A stretch of 63,725 nucleotides of DNA, the filler included, from Pseudomonadota bacterium (GTDB taxonomy: Bacteria > Desulfobacterota > Desulfobacteria > Desulfobacterales > JBDRRP01), in assembly GCA_043825735.1 (NCBI GenBank). It is 8 parts of 8 records of this genome, joined end to end, with 100 filler letters (N's around TTAATTAATTAA, not from the genome) between each part and the next. Parts side by side here need not be neighbours in the genome. Positions count along the whole stretch, not along the records: positions 42,128 to 45,969 come from JBDRRP010000052.1; positions 46,070 to 50,339 come from JBDRRP010000056.1; positions 50,440 to 53,465 come from JBDRRP010000063.1; 5 more parts are not named here. The stretch is one strand, 5' to 3'. Of the stretch, positions 43,534 through 53,565 are shown piece after piece (the first letter of the stretch is position 1; each line of letters opens with the position of its first letter). Below the pieces are notes generated by a model. That model was not told the DNA's origin. It ran no database searches and saw only the letters and a list, made by a program, of their open reading frames with translations. The translations under genes and the position numbers were made by a program.

Positions 43534-44862
43534 ATGGGGCGTATTTCGAAGTGTTTGCCGACGGGCGCAGGGCTGTTGCTTTTTCTGCCGGGACTGGCCG
43601 TGGCAGGCGATGCCGCTGCCATTGATTCCGGTACCACCGCTTGGATGCTTACCTCAACGGCCCTCGTATTGCTGATGGTGCCGGGGCTGGCCATGTTCTA
43701 CGGCGGTCTGGTGAGGACCAAAAACGTGCTGGGCACCATGATGCACAGTTTCGCGGCCATGGCCGTCATCGGGGTGCTCTGGATGGTCTGCGGGTATGCG
43801 CTGACCTTCGGAAAAAGTATCTGGGGCGGCGTTGTCGGCTGGAACAGCGATTACTTTTTTCTCAACGGCATCGATGACGCTATTTCCAATGGGGTGCCGG
43901 AATATGTCCTGGCCATGTTTCAAGGCAAGTTCGCCATCATCACCCCGGCGCTCATCAGCGGCGCCCTGGCAGAACGCGTTTATTTCCGGGGCTACATCCT
44001 CTTTATCGTCCTCTGGTTTCTGGTGGTGTACTGTCCACTGTGTCACTGGGTCTGGGCAGCCGAGGGCTGGCTTTTCAACGCCGGGGCGGCGGGCGTGATC
44101 GATCTTGCCGGCGGCCTGGTCATCCACGTGTCCGCAGGCGTCAGCGCTTTGGTCGTTGCCGTTTTTCTGGGCAAGCGTGAAGGATACCCCAAGACCACCA
44201 TGCAGCCCAACAACCTGGTCATGACCCTCGTGGGCGCCGGCCTGCTGTGGGTGGGCTGGTTCGGGTTCAATGCCGGCTCCACTGTTCAAAGCGGTCTGGA
44301 CACCGCCCGGGCACTGACCATGACCCAGGTTTCTGCGGCCTCCGGCGCCCTGACCTGGATGATCCTGGAGGCCCTGATTTTCCGAAAGACCACTTCGCTG
44401 GGGTTTGCCTCCGGGGTGCTGGCCGGTCTGGTTGTCATTACGCCGGCGGCCGGGGTGGTCAAACCCATCGGCGCCCTGGCGCTGGGCGCGCTTTCCAGCA
44501 TTTGCTGCTACCAGGCGCTTCATCTGAAAAACCGCTTTGGATATGATGATTCACTGGATTGCTTCGGGATTCACGGGGTGGGTTCCGGCCTCGGGGTTCT
44601 GATGCTGTGCTTTTTCATCCGTGACAGCTGGATGGCCGATGCGGCCGCTGCAGCCGGAGCGGGCGGCTGGAGCGTGTGGAACCAGCTCGGTATTCAGGCG
44701 CTGGGAATGGGGGCCACCATCGGGCTGGCCGTCGCCGGTACGCTGGCCATTTGTTTTGTCGTTGAAAAAACCGTCGGCTTTCGCATGGATCCGGAGGGAG
44801 AACTGGCAGGGATGGACTATTCCCTCCATGGCGAACATGGCTACGGGCTGATCAGCTCGTAA
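43534..44862 (+). CDS. amtB: Ammonium transporter
   Basis: PGLAMFYGG, D.AGG.VIH, W.GWFGFNAGS, DDSLD.FG.HG. Confidence 0.96.
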   Translation: MGRISKCLPTGAGLLLFLPGLAVAGDAAAIDSGTTAWMLTSTALVLLMVPGLAMFYGGLVRTKNVLGTMMHSFAAMAVIGVLWMVCGYALTFGKSIWGGVVGWNSDYFFLNGIDDAISNGVPEYVLAMFQGKFAIITPALISGALAERVYFRGYILFIVLWFLVVYCPLCHWVWAAEGWLFNAGAAGVIDLAGGLVIHVSAGVSALVVAVFLGKREGYPKTTMQPNNLVMTLVGAGLLWVGWFGFNAGSTVQSGLDTARALTMTQVSAASGALTWMILEALIFRKTTSLGFASGVLAGLVVITPAAGVVKPIGALALGALSSICCYQALHLKNRFGYDDSLDCFGIHGVGSGLGVLMLCFFIRDSWMADAAAAAGAGGWSVWNQLGIQALGMGATIGLAVAGTLAICFVVEKTVGFRMDPEGELAGMDYSLHGEHGYGLISS

Positions 44863-45001
44863 ACGGTACCCGATATCTTGTCGCGCTCACCCCAGCCCTC
44901 TCCCATCTGTACAGATGGGCGAGGGCGCAAGAGGCCGGACACTATCTAACCCGTAATGATTTCGATCCCGGCGGTTTTGTGGGGGGCTCGGCGGTATTAT
45001 G

Positions 45002-45433
45002 CTAGAAGGGGATGTCGTCGTCGATGCCGCCGTTTTCGGGAAGGGGCGGCCCTTCGTATTCGGGCATCCCGCCACCGCCGCCCTTGGGCCGGGTGCTGTC
45101 ACCATCGCCGCGGTTGCCCAGCATCTTCATCTCGTTGGCCACGATTTCGGTGGTATAGCGGGTCACCCCGTCCTTTTCCCAGGACCGGGTCTGGAGTTTC
45201 CCCTCGATATAGACCTGGCGACCTTTGGCCAGGTACTCGCCGCAGATTTCCCCCAGGCGGCCCCAGGCGATGACGCGGTGCCATTCTGTGCGCTCCTGCA
45301 TTTCGCCGGAGGTCTTGTCTTTCCAGCGTTCGGTGGTGGCGACGCTGAGCGTAGCCTTGGCCGTTCCGCTGGGAGTGTAGCCGATTTCCGGGTCTCGCCC
45401 CAGATTGCCGACGAGGATGACTTTGTTGATCAT
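45002..45433 (-). CDS. ssb: Single-stranded DNA-binding protein
   Basis: [24 protein letters not shown]. Confidence 0.98.
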   Translation of the reverse strand: MINKVILVGNLGRDPEIGYTPSGTAKATLSVATTERWKDKTSGEMQERTEWHRVIAWGRLGEICGEYLAKGRQVYIEGKLQTRSWEKDGVTRYTTEIVANEMKMLGNRGDGDSTRPKGGGGGMPEYEGPPLPENGGIDDDIPF

Positions 45434-46133
45434 AGCGGCTTCTCCCGTGCTGTTGATGGTGAGTTAGTGTCCTTCGATGAATACCGAAAAGGCCTTCCGG
45501 TGTCAATGCGGGAGGACTGGGTATTTGGGGATCACCTGGGCATCACGGCCTGAAGCCGGTGGGTGGTCGTCATGATTATCCATTTCAATGGATTCCCGTT
45601 TACTTTGCCCAACCGGCTTGTTAAACAACGCGACGCGAAAGAAAGGCCTCGGCAAATAAAACGTGATGAAACCGTAAAAAAGCAATTTTCTCGCAAAGAC
45701 GCCAAGTGCGCCAAGAAAAACAGTTTCGTGCTTATCTACCAAAAAAAGGTTGCACCGGGTGGTGTCCGCCACACCCCATCGGCGGACAGGTCCGCCACAC
45801 GGCATCGGCGGACAGGCCCGTTGCAACAAGCCGCTTTGCGATACTTTTCGTGTGTTTTGTGTGTTTCGTGGTTGAAAGCAGTTACTGCGGTCAAAAGTGG
45901 AGATGGGATAGCGCTTGGTGCGCCCCCACAGCCAGAAACAGGTTCTTATCTCTTTTTTTTCTGCCAAAANNNNNNNNNNNNNNNNNNNNNNNNNNNNNNN
46001 NNNNNNNNNNNNNTTAATTAATTAANNNNNNNNNNNNNNNNNNNNNNNNNNNNNNNNNNNNNNNNNNNNTCTTTGGGGACCATTGATTAGAGGTGGACAT
46101 CATCTGAGCGCTGTGATAATTCCCGGCTTCTTA

Positions 46134-46210
<77 letters not shown>

Positions 46211-46376
46211 GCTATAAGCGGCTGATTTCTTTACAGAAACCGCCGCTTTTTTGGTTACTTCCACTCTTACTGTTTGTAAGCAATATTCCGATTTTCATTT
46301 ACTTTTTCTCACAAAAGTGTTTACAGTATGCCAAATTCGTTTACAGTTTAATGATCTCAAAAGGTTGCGCGTTGCC

Positions 46377-46514
46377 GATGCCATCATTTTGACCATTCCC
46401 AGGAAACGAAATCGTTTACAGTTCGTTTACAGTTTCAAGGTCGCTGATGCCATCATTTTGACCATTCCCAAGAAACGAAATCGTTTACAGTTCGTTTACA
46501 GTTTCAAGGTCGCT
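46377..46514 (+). repeat. 2 x 69-bp tandem repeat containing GTTTACAG doublets
   Basis: 46377-46445 and 46446-46514, one mismatch. Confidence 0.92.
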
Positions 46515-46579
46515 GGCCGCCATCGCAATTAGTCGCCCAGAACTCATTAACCTAACAGAAAACCGGAAGGAATTGCAAG

Positions 46580-46894
46580 ATGTTGCTCGATAAGAAGGGC
46601 CAGTTCATTCGTCACTACAAAATGCCTGAGACCGACGCGGAAAAGGAAAGTTTCAACACGAACCCTCTGGGCTGGTACAAGGCGCAGCTAAACGAAGCCT
46701 TCCACCAGGATCCCCTGGCCCACCAGGTGGTGAGATTTTGCGCCGCCCATGGCATCAAGCACGACACCCGGGATTTTTACGCAGTGCTGGCTTTCATGGG
46801 CCTCATGACCGCCGAGGCTGTCACCATCGATATGGCCGCGCTGCGCTCAACGATGGTTGCCCATAACGCGATCACCCTTCGCATCTCTAAATAG
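46580..46894 (+). CDS. Prophage hypothetical protein
   Basis: ATG with GGAAGGA RBS. Confidence 0.55.
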   Translation: MLLDKKGQFIRHYKMPETDAEKESFNTNPLGWYKAQLNEAFHQDPLAHQVVRFCAAHGIKHDTRDFYAVLAFMGLMTAEAVTIDMAALRSTMVAHNAITLRISK

Positions 46895-47231
46895 ACACCT
46901 TTTGCCGGAAAGCCTCCCATAGTTTCAGGTAGGCTTTCCGGTAGCTCGCCTTGCTACTTGAAGTCTCCGAGAGAACCTCCAGCAGCGCCCGGGCCTCAGT
47001 TTTTGTGAAATCCACGGCCACCCGTGCGGCGGCCAACGATTTAAGCATTTTCAGGTTCGCCTCAGATTTCATGCTCCTGCGAAACGTGCCAAACAGCATG
47101 ACGCTGTCGGCGAGTGCGTCCACAACCGCGGTTTCCGGCTTTACCCCGCCCTTTTTCAAACCCTCAACGATCGCAAATTCCAGTGTCTCCCGCTGCCTGC
47201 GGTAGTGCTGTAGGTCCCCTTTCGTCGGCAT
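46887..47231 (-). CDS. Prophage hypothetical protein
   Basis: ATG with AGGGG RBS. Confidence 0.6.
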   Translation of the reverse strand: MPTKGDLQHYRRQRETLEFAIVEGLKKGGVKPETAVVDALADSVMLFGTFRRSMKSEANLKMLKSLAAARVAVDFTKTEARALLEVLSETSSSKASYRKAYLKLWEAFRQKVSI

Positions 47232-47342
47232 GACTCAGCCCCTTTCTTGGCAATAAGTCACCTTCGCGCACCTGTGGAAATAAGGAAAGAGGGAAAAAGA
47301 AAACCGGAAACAAACAAGAGGATGGGATTAAAGGCCGGCTGC

Positions 47343-47380
47343 AAAAAAAGCGCCCGGCGGTCTTGCCACCGGGCGCTTTG
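47343..47380 (-). terminator. Intrinsic terminator
   Basis: aaagcgcccgg...ccgggcgcttt with A-run on + strand. Confidence 0.65.
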
Positions 47381-47400
47381 CTCGTTGATCGGCTGTGGGT

Positions 47401-47640
47401 TTAAGGCACCGGCGGCGCAGGCGGCGCGGGCGTGCCGTGGGTAACCCCCGACATGTAGATTTCGACCAGCATGGGGCCAAGCAGCCCGCCACACTTCTCG
47501 CACTTCATGACCTGCTGATCGACGTCCTTGATCTCGGGGGTGATCGAATTGAAAACATGGGGGCCGGCGCACCCCTTGAGCCGGGCGCTATTTAAATCAG
47601 CGCCCTCGTTCATAAACATCTGCATCATTGTTTGGTTCAT
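47401..47640 (-). CDS. Small Cys/His (Zn-ribbon-like) phage protein
   Basis: C...H and CEKC; AGGAG RBS. Confidence 0.55.
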   Translation of the reverse strand: MNQTMMQMFMNEGADLNSARLKGCAGPHVFNSITPEIKDVDQQVMKCEKCGGLLGPMLVEIYMSGVTHGTPAPPAPPVP

Positions 47641-47660
47641 CTTTTCAGCTCCTTTTTTCG

Positions 47661-48305
47661 TTAAGTTGCGATTTTGCCGAGAATTTTATCCAGATCCTTT
47701 GCCTGCCGCCGGTCGCAGTACCACCAGGTCACTGCCGTGACGGTCAAATAAAGGATTGTAAGAATCACCTGCGTTAAAAGGTTTTGCGCGAAAGCCGCCG
47801 TCATGGCCGCCCCTCCGTTGGCCGCTGTCGCCAATTTCCACGCCAGATAGGTAACCCAAGTGGAAGCGCACAAAAGGTAATAGGTCATAAATGGCCGCAT
47901 CGTGGCACTCAGCGCGTCGGCAAAGGCCATGACAACGGTGACAAAAGCGCCCACCCATCGCAGAAACGCGCTTTCATTGCCGGTCAGCGACGTGAGCACA
48001 TCACCGGTGATGAACTGTTTTTGCGTGGCCAGAAGCGATGACTGGATAAACCCGTCAGCCTCTTTCAATTCAATGGCCCCTTGCGTTTGCACCTCATCGC
48101 GCCGGATGTTGGCCTTGATCTCCGCGATGGACGCATCGCTTTGGGCCTTGACCATCACCTCGTCGTGACGATTGACTTCTTTGAGCGTTTTGAGCTTTAC
48201 CCATCCGGTGACGATGCTCCCGAAAAGACCGGTGATCGCGCCAAGACCGCCGGTGAAAAGGCCCCCGGCCACCGCCCCCAGGACATTAGTGACTGTCTCG
48301 AGCAT
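47661..48305 (-). CDS. Holin-like membrane protein
   Basis: TM helices with MRP..TY and TWW..DR, as in 3TM holins; follows DUF5675 gene. Confidence 0.6.
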   Translation of the reverse strand: MLETVTNVLGAVAGGLFTGGLGAITGLFGSIVTGWVKLKTLKEVNRHDEVMVKAQSDASIAEIKANIRRDEVQTQGAIELKEADGFIQSSLLATQKQFITGDVLTSLTGNESAFLRWVGAFVTVVMAFADALSATMRPFMTYYLLCASTWVTYLAWKLATAANGGAAMTAAFAQNLLTQVILTILYLTVTAVTWWYCDRRQAKDLDKILGKIAT

Positions 48306-48747
48306 AAATGCCTCCAACAACTTTCAGATAAAACGGTTGATAATTCATGGCGGCGATAAACCTTGTCATCGTCACCTTTGATAGCAGTACGGCGAGCTGC
48401 CGCCGATTATCCGGGAGTTTCACTGACGCCCATGTGTTACCGAAAAGGATGCACCCGGCAGAATCGGTTTTCCATCCAAGCGCCCGGTCACCGGCAAAGT
48501 TGCCTGCATGAGTGAGGATCCACGTCCGGCCATGGACGTCCTGCAGGTGGTACACCTGGCCAAATTTTTTGCTTGAATACGGCAGGCAAAGATGTGTGCC
48601 TGGCTCAATGCAGGACACATCCGGGGCGTTACCTCTCCAGGGAAGCTCCAGGGACCGGCACGAAAACCCGCCGGGAGTGATCACCCGGCCCGGGGTTCCA
48701 TGGTCAAACGATGTGAGCCTGAGAAGGGGGACTGTCGGGTATTGCAT
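48286..48747 (-). CDS. DUF5675-like putative lysis protein
   Basis: LELPW..N....SCI.PG, IL.HAGN, D..GCIL.G. Confidence 0.75.
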   Translation of the reverse strand: MQYPTVPLLRLTSFDHGTPGRVITPGGFSCRSLELPWRGNAPDVSCIEPGTHLCLPYSSKKFGQVYHLQDVHGRTWILTHAGNFAGDRALGWKTDSAGCILFGNTWASVKLPDNRRQLAVLLSKVTMTRFIAAMNYQPFYLKVVGGIYARDSH

Positions 48748-48763
48748 TTTGCGAAGCGGCTCC

Positions 48764-49108
48764 TTAACCTCCGCACTTTGTTTCAAGGCGAGTTATCGTA
48801 CTCTCATTATGTGAGATTCTGACCTGGTTGGTACTGGCCCGCCGATCTATTTCGTTGATGGTGTTGGTCACCGACAAAACGGTAGCAGATAGTTTGGAAA
48901 CCATTTCTGCCTGCTGTGCTTGAAACTCTCTCATGGAGTTGGCCTGGCTTGTTTGAAGCGATTGAATCCATCCAAAAATCAGGCCGATAACTGGAACGAA
49001 AATGAACCAGCCGACCTTGCTGCGGATACCGGCCCAAAGCGCGTTCACATCATTTCGGGTGTTGCTCTTATCCATGGCGCAATCCGGACATCGATCTGAC
49101 AGCGGCAT
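48764..49108 (-). CDS. Phage membrane/coiled-coil protein
   Basis: One TM helix plus coiled coil, upstream of lysis genes. Confidence 0.55.
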   Translation of the reverse strand: MPLSDRCPDCAMDKSNTRNDVNALWAGIRSKVGWFIFVPVIGLIFGWIQSLQTSQANSMREFQAQQAEMVSKLSATVLSVTNTINEIDRRASTNQVRISHNESTITRLETKCGG

Positions 49109-49176
49109 AATCCATGGTCCCCCCAAGCGCGAAGTTATCGATGGGAGATCTTACTCCCGGTGAGTTTTGAAAGCAA

Positions 49177-49482
49177 TCAAAAAAGCTGCTCCCCGCTGCA
49201 AAAGCGGCTGATATAGTACCCGATCCGGGCCGGCGAAAGGCTCAGTGCCGCTGTGTAAAGGCCTCCGAGCGGGTGGCGCAGGGCTGCATGCCAATTTGCC
49301 TTGATCTCGCGCCATACCCACCATGTCGATTTATCCGTAAGATGGTAGCGTTCGTGCTCGATGACAAAATCGATGACGCTCTTTGGAAGATCAATGCGTA
49401 CCTGGATGGTGTCCCGATTGGGGTAATTGAATCCGAACTTGGGATGCAGAGCCTTTTTTGCTACGTATTGGATTTGCGTCAT
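49177..49482 (-). CDS. Small HExxH protein
   Basis: HERYH motif; GGAGGGAG RBS. Confidence 0.55.
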   Translation of the reverse strand: MTQIQYVAKKALHPKFGFNYPNRDTIQVRIDLPKSVIDFVIEHERYHLTDKSTWWVWREIKANWHAALRHPLGGLYTAALSLSPARIGYYISRFCSGEQLF

Positions 49483-49491
49483 ACTCCCTCC

Positions 49492-50339
49492 TTACGCTGC
49501 TAATGAGATCCCTTTTGTCACTCCTTCGTGCAGATATCTTCGCCTCCAGACGGCAAACCTGGCGTTTCCCAAAAACGCCTCTGCCTGGGTTTGCATTGAT
49601 CGCAACCCCAGATGGAAAGTGGTGCATTTGGCGACTTCTTCAAGGATTGCCGTGTTCCAGGTCGGGTTGAGGCCGGTGTGCAAAACAAACGGTAGCCGCC
49701 CGTAAAGCCGCGTTGCGCACGGAAGTGTGGCGTCCATCTCGGCAAGGTAATCATCCCGATGAATGCCGTAACGCCGACATAAAAACCCGATCAGCTCCGA
49801 TTGGAACAGGTAGCGCTCCCCTGTCTGGTGATTGACTATGCTTCTCACGCGGATCTCTTTGGGATTGAACCGGTCAGCCACGTCAAGGATCTGCTCCATC
49901 TCAACGAGCGTTCTTGTCGTGGCGATGCAGGCATATTGCCGCCCGGCGTCGTCAAGAGCCCTGAACCCGGCCCCGGCCATGCGCAGCGTGTTCAGTTTTG
50001 GGCTGACAGCAAAAAAGATTTGATTTGTCAGCGGAAAGTTTCTCAAAAATCCGCTTTCAGCGAGCCGCAGGCCATTGGTCAAGACAACGGCCCGGTTGGG
50101 GTAAGTGGCGATGAACCAGGATAGAAACGCCGCAAGGTACGGCCAGACGGTTGGCTCACCGCCGTCAATTCTGAGGGTTTGATTGGCTGGCGAAAGTCGG
50201 TATTTGTCCCACGATAATTCGCGAAGCGCTTCCGGCGCGGGCACTATCTGCGTTGCTATAGCTTTTGCATCTTCGAGTGTGTACTGAGTCAAATCGGGGA
50301 GTCTTCTATGAGCCATGTAACAATCCGGGCAGACCATAT
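49492..50339 (-). CDS. Radical SAM-like protein (5' partial)
   Basis: CPDCY (end of CxxxCxxC), GGEPT, TNG, SPK. Confidence 0.7.
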
Positions 50340-50768
50340 NNNNNNNNNNNNNNNNNNNNNNNNNNNNNNNNNNNNNNNNNNNNTTAATTAATTAANNNNN
50401 NNNNNNNNNNNNNNNNNNNNNNNNNNNNNNNNNNNNNNNGTGCCGTTCCAGATTTGATCTCCGCAGATGGGGCATGCTTCCGGCTCTGTGAGCACTGTAA
50501 TAGATGCGACCATTTAAGCTGCCTCCGTCCAGCAGATGGCTTCCTCATCGCCGTCAGCCACCATTTCAAAGCAAAACCCGCCGAGGCTGCCCGGGCCGAT
50601 AGCATCGCACACCGACCATGAGGCGCCGGACGGGTTGTGGTGGATCCAGAGCTGGCCGTGCTCAAACGTGCTGCCGAACTCAACCATGTGGTGCACGTCG
50701 ACGCGCCACAGCTCAAAGAAGGCGCTAAAGGGCCGCGCCGGCGTTTTTCGGATCTTCGGTTAAAAGGC

Positions 50769-51179
50769 TCAAGCAGCCACCTCCGCAAGTTTTACTTCGT
50801 GCCAGCCGTTGTCGTAATATCCGGTTCTGCAAAAGGTGCATGCCGGGCCGTATTTGCCGTAGATGTCTTCATAGTCCGGATGCTTTTCGAGCTTTTTTGC
50901 GGCAAGCTCCAGAAACGCTTCGTGTTCGGCGTCCTGCCATGCCTTGAATTCCGCCATCAGTTCGGCGTCCACCGGCTTTAGTCCCCGGGTGAGCATGCCA
51001 ATGCTGCCGACGATGTCGCGCTCATAGGCCGCCGGGCCGCCGTTGTAGATCGAGGCCAGGTATTTATCGAGCTCGATGCGCCAGCGCAGCGTGAAGGTTT
51101 TGCCGGTATTCCGGTCAAAGGCTTCCACATCGAGCTCGCCGTGATACCAGCTCGTTTGTCTGAAGTGATACCGGCTCAT
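50769..51179 (-). CDS. Phage hypothetical protein
   Basis: GGAGG RBS; EVAA ending typical of phage early genes. Confidence 0.65.
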   Translation of the reverse strand: MSRYHFRQTSWYHGELDVEAFDRNTGKTFTLRWRIELDKYLASIYNGGPAAYERDIVGSIGMLTRGLKPVDAELMAEFKAWQDAEHEAFLELAAKKLEKHPDYEDIYGKYGPACTFCRTGYYDNGWHEVKLAEVAA

Positions 51180-51353
51180 TGACCCACCTCCAATTTGACC
51201 TGGTCAATCCAGTTCATCGACGTCTCTCCCCGTCAGGCGTACCAGTTCGGCCACTTTGCACGCGGTGTCAGAATCCCACTCCGTGCCGGATAGGATCTCT
51301 GCGATGCCGTCCATGGCTACGGCCAGCTCCAGTTGTTTCAGATCAATCAATTT

Positions 51354-51665
51354 TCAGTCTCCGTATATTTTTTTGTCATAGGCATCGAGCGCCAGCAGCA
51401 GCTTGACAGCGGGTTGCAGCGCGGCAAAATCATAGGTCACCCCGGCCTTGATGGCGCGGGCTTTGATGCAGCACCCGGCGCCGACACCAGTTATGCGGCT
51501 TGCGATCGCACAGGTGGAGTGGGCCAGGGGCTGGCGGTAGAAGTCATAAGAAAAGGCCGGGCACCGGTCATGCAGACCGATGCCAAAAGCCTTCATTCCT
51601 ATGGGGCACGTTTCCGCGATGCAGCACATGCCGCAGCGAGTGCATTCGTGAGGATATTCGTTCAT
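51354..51665 (-). CDS. Cys-rich CxxCxxCC protein
   Basis: CTRCGMCC....C, CP, GCC. Confidence 0.65.
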   Translation of the reverse strand: MNEYPHECTRCGMCCIAETCPIGMKAFGIGLHDRCPAFSYDFYRQPLAHSTCAIASRITGVGAGCCIKARAIKAGVTYDFAALQPAVKLLLALDAYDKKIYGD

Positions 51666-52243
51666 GCCGCCTTTTTCAGATCGCTGATCATGTCATTGAT
51701 GGTACTGGCCTGGTCGGCAACCGTTGGCAGATTGATCACAGGCTCGACCAGTTCGTAGAAATCCGAGACCTCGGGCCAAACCGCCTTGAGGCGTTTGGAT
51801 GTGGTGATAGATGCCAGCAGATGCCTTACATGGGCGCCCAGCTTTTTTTCTTCATCATCAAGATCGAGGGCGACCTTGAGATAGGCTTTAACGCAATCAT
51901 TTATGGATTCCGGAAGGGCCTTTGCCCCCAAATCCACCTCACACCGAAACAAATTGAAGCCAGGGGCATTGGCGCTGATGGGCCGCGGACCGCCGCTGAG
52001 TTTCAAATAATGCGATGCCCGCGGATCGAATTGTCCGGCCCCCGCGATTTCTATGCGGCTGACTTTCGGAAACCATGAGCCGTACTTTTTTGCGGCCTCA
52101 CTGAATCCATCGGGGGCGATCGTGTCGATGATCTGATCAAAAAGCTTTTCTTGCGCAGCGTGCAGCGCTTCGTTTCGTTTTGCGAATGTCTTTGAAACAA
52201 CAACAGTCTCGATGCTTTCCTTAATCACCTTGGTGAGTTTCAC
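51662..52243 (-). CDS. Nmad5-like phage protein
   Basis: KLTK..KE.I N-terminus and TT.KRL..VWPE C-terminus. Confidence 0.6.
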   Translation of the reverse strand: MKLTKVIKESIETVVVSKTFAKRNEALHAAQEKLFDQIIDTIAPDGFSEAAKKYGSWFPKVSRIEIAGAGQFDPRASHYLKLSGGPRPISANAPGFNLFRCEVDLGAKALPESINDCVKAYLKVALDLDDEEKKLGAHVRHLLASITTSKRLKAVWPEVSDFYELVEPVINLPTVADQASTINDMISDLKKAA

Positions 52244-52372
52244 AGCAGAATCCTTCCCATTTTCCTTGCTTTTAGTGAGTTTACTTGGCGCACCGCTACG
52301 GCGATCCATATTGTATCAGGCCGCTGATTCATAAAATGCCGCAGCGGTGCGCCAAAGACGGGTTATTCGAAT

Positions 52373-52591
52373 TTATTCTTTCGTGTAGATATTGCTGGTG
52401 TCGACGAGCATGTCAAAAAGCCGACAGGCGGCCGACCGTCCGGCGCACTCTATCCGGATTTTTATGTTATCTTCGGTGACAAGATCCAGATTGTAGCCCA
52501 TGGACCCATCGGTAAAAGTTTCCGCGACCATTTCGACCTTGACGTCATGGGTCGTATCTTTGCGCTCGATCCGTTCGTTATCTCGCGGCAT
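52373..52591 (-). CDS. Phage hypothetical protein
   Basis: GGGAG RBS; overlaps upstream gene. Confidence 0.55.
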   Translation of the reverse strand: MPRDNERIERKDTTHDVKVEMVAETFTDGSMGYNLDLVTEDNIKIRIECAGRSAACRLFDMLVDTSNIYTKE

Positions 52592-52832
52592 TTGTCTCCC
52601 TTTTGCCAAAGATGTGCATGGCGATTTTCTTTTCGGTTTGGTACGCTTTGAAGATTGCACGAAGGGCCAGCGCGCCCACGACGATGGCGATTGGCACGGT
52701 GATCCGCCAGTCGAGCCAACCCTCGTCAGCCATTTTCAGGAACCTGGCTTTGCCCAGGAAGTCCTGGTTCAGGGAGTCGCAGGCTTTGGCCAGGAAAATT
52801 CCGCCCCATGTGCATGACGTTGAGATTTTCAT
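52578..52832 (-). CDS. Phage membrane protein
   Basis: ATGA coupling, one TM helix. Confidence 0.5.
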   Translation of the reverse strand: MKISTSCTWGGIFLAKACDSLNQDFLGKARFLKMADEGWLDWRITVPIAIVVGALALRAIFKAYQTEKKIAMHIFGKRETNAAR

Positions 52833-53380
52833 GCCGCCACCAGCCCGAATCCCCTGATTTCCTTGCGCCAGTCCTCGAGGATTTCCACCCGCCGGGGATG
52901 GTCATGCCGGATGCTTTTGTTCAGCGCGTCCCGTTCGAGGACCTCCTGGCGTTTATGGCCGGCGTGAAGCTTGGCGGTGATCCCGTCATAGAAAATTCGG
53001 TAGTAGACTTTGTTCATGTACGCCCCTTCCCTATAATTCCAGTGCCCCATACTGACAACCGTAGCCTTGAGGCAGTTGATTTTCCGCTGACCGTCATCGG
53101 TTTCGCCAGCCATGAAGTGGATAATTTTGCCTCTGCACATCATTTGGTACCGGTGGATCCACTGGAACAAAATACCGTGCTCGTTTAGGACCCCTTCGAT
53201 CATCGGACGAAGATACCCGTAGTCGCTGCACTTGGTCATCATCACGACGATGTGCCGGGAGTCCCCCGACTCGATCTGCGCGGCCAGGACGTGGCACTTA
53301 TAAAACGTCTTGCCGCATCTGCGCCCGGTGATCTGTCCGGTGGCCGCTGCATGGAGTCGGTCAATATCTGTGGTGATCAC
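52829..53380 (-). CDS. Phage protein with terminase-like Walker A
   Basis: TGRRCGKT; start uncertain. Confidence 0.5.
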   Translation of the reverse strand: MITTDIDRLHAAATGQITGRRCGKTFYKCHVLAAQIESGDSRHIVVMMTKCSDYGYLRPMIEGVLNEHGILFQWIHRYQMMCRGKIIHFMAGETDDGQRKINCLKATVVSMGHWNYREGAYMNKVYYRIFYDGITAKLHAGHKRQEVLERDALNKSIRHDHPRRVEILEDWRKEIRGFGLVAA

Positions 53381-53565
53381 GGCTCCCCCCCCCTGCGGCG
53401 CCCCCCCGCAGGGGCGGGCGGCGGGCGGGAGGGTGCGGGGGGGGGGGTGTGGCCGGCGCCCGGCGNNNNNNNNNNNNNNNNNNNNNNNNNNNNNNNNNNN
53501 NNNNNNNNNTTAATTAATTAANNNNNNNNNNNNNNNNNNNNNNNNNNNNNNNNNNNNNNNNNNNN

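Noticed and set aside
53384..53465. G-quadruplex-like G/C runs
   Set aside because: Low-complexity contig tail, likely sequencing noise
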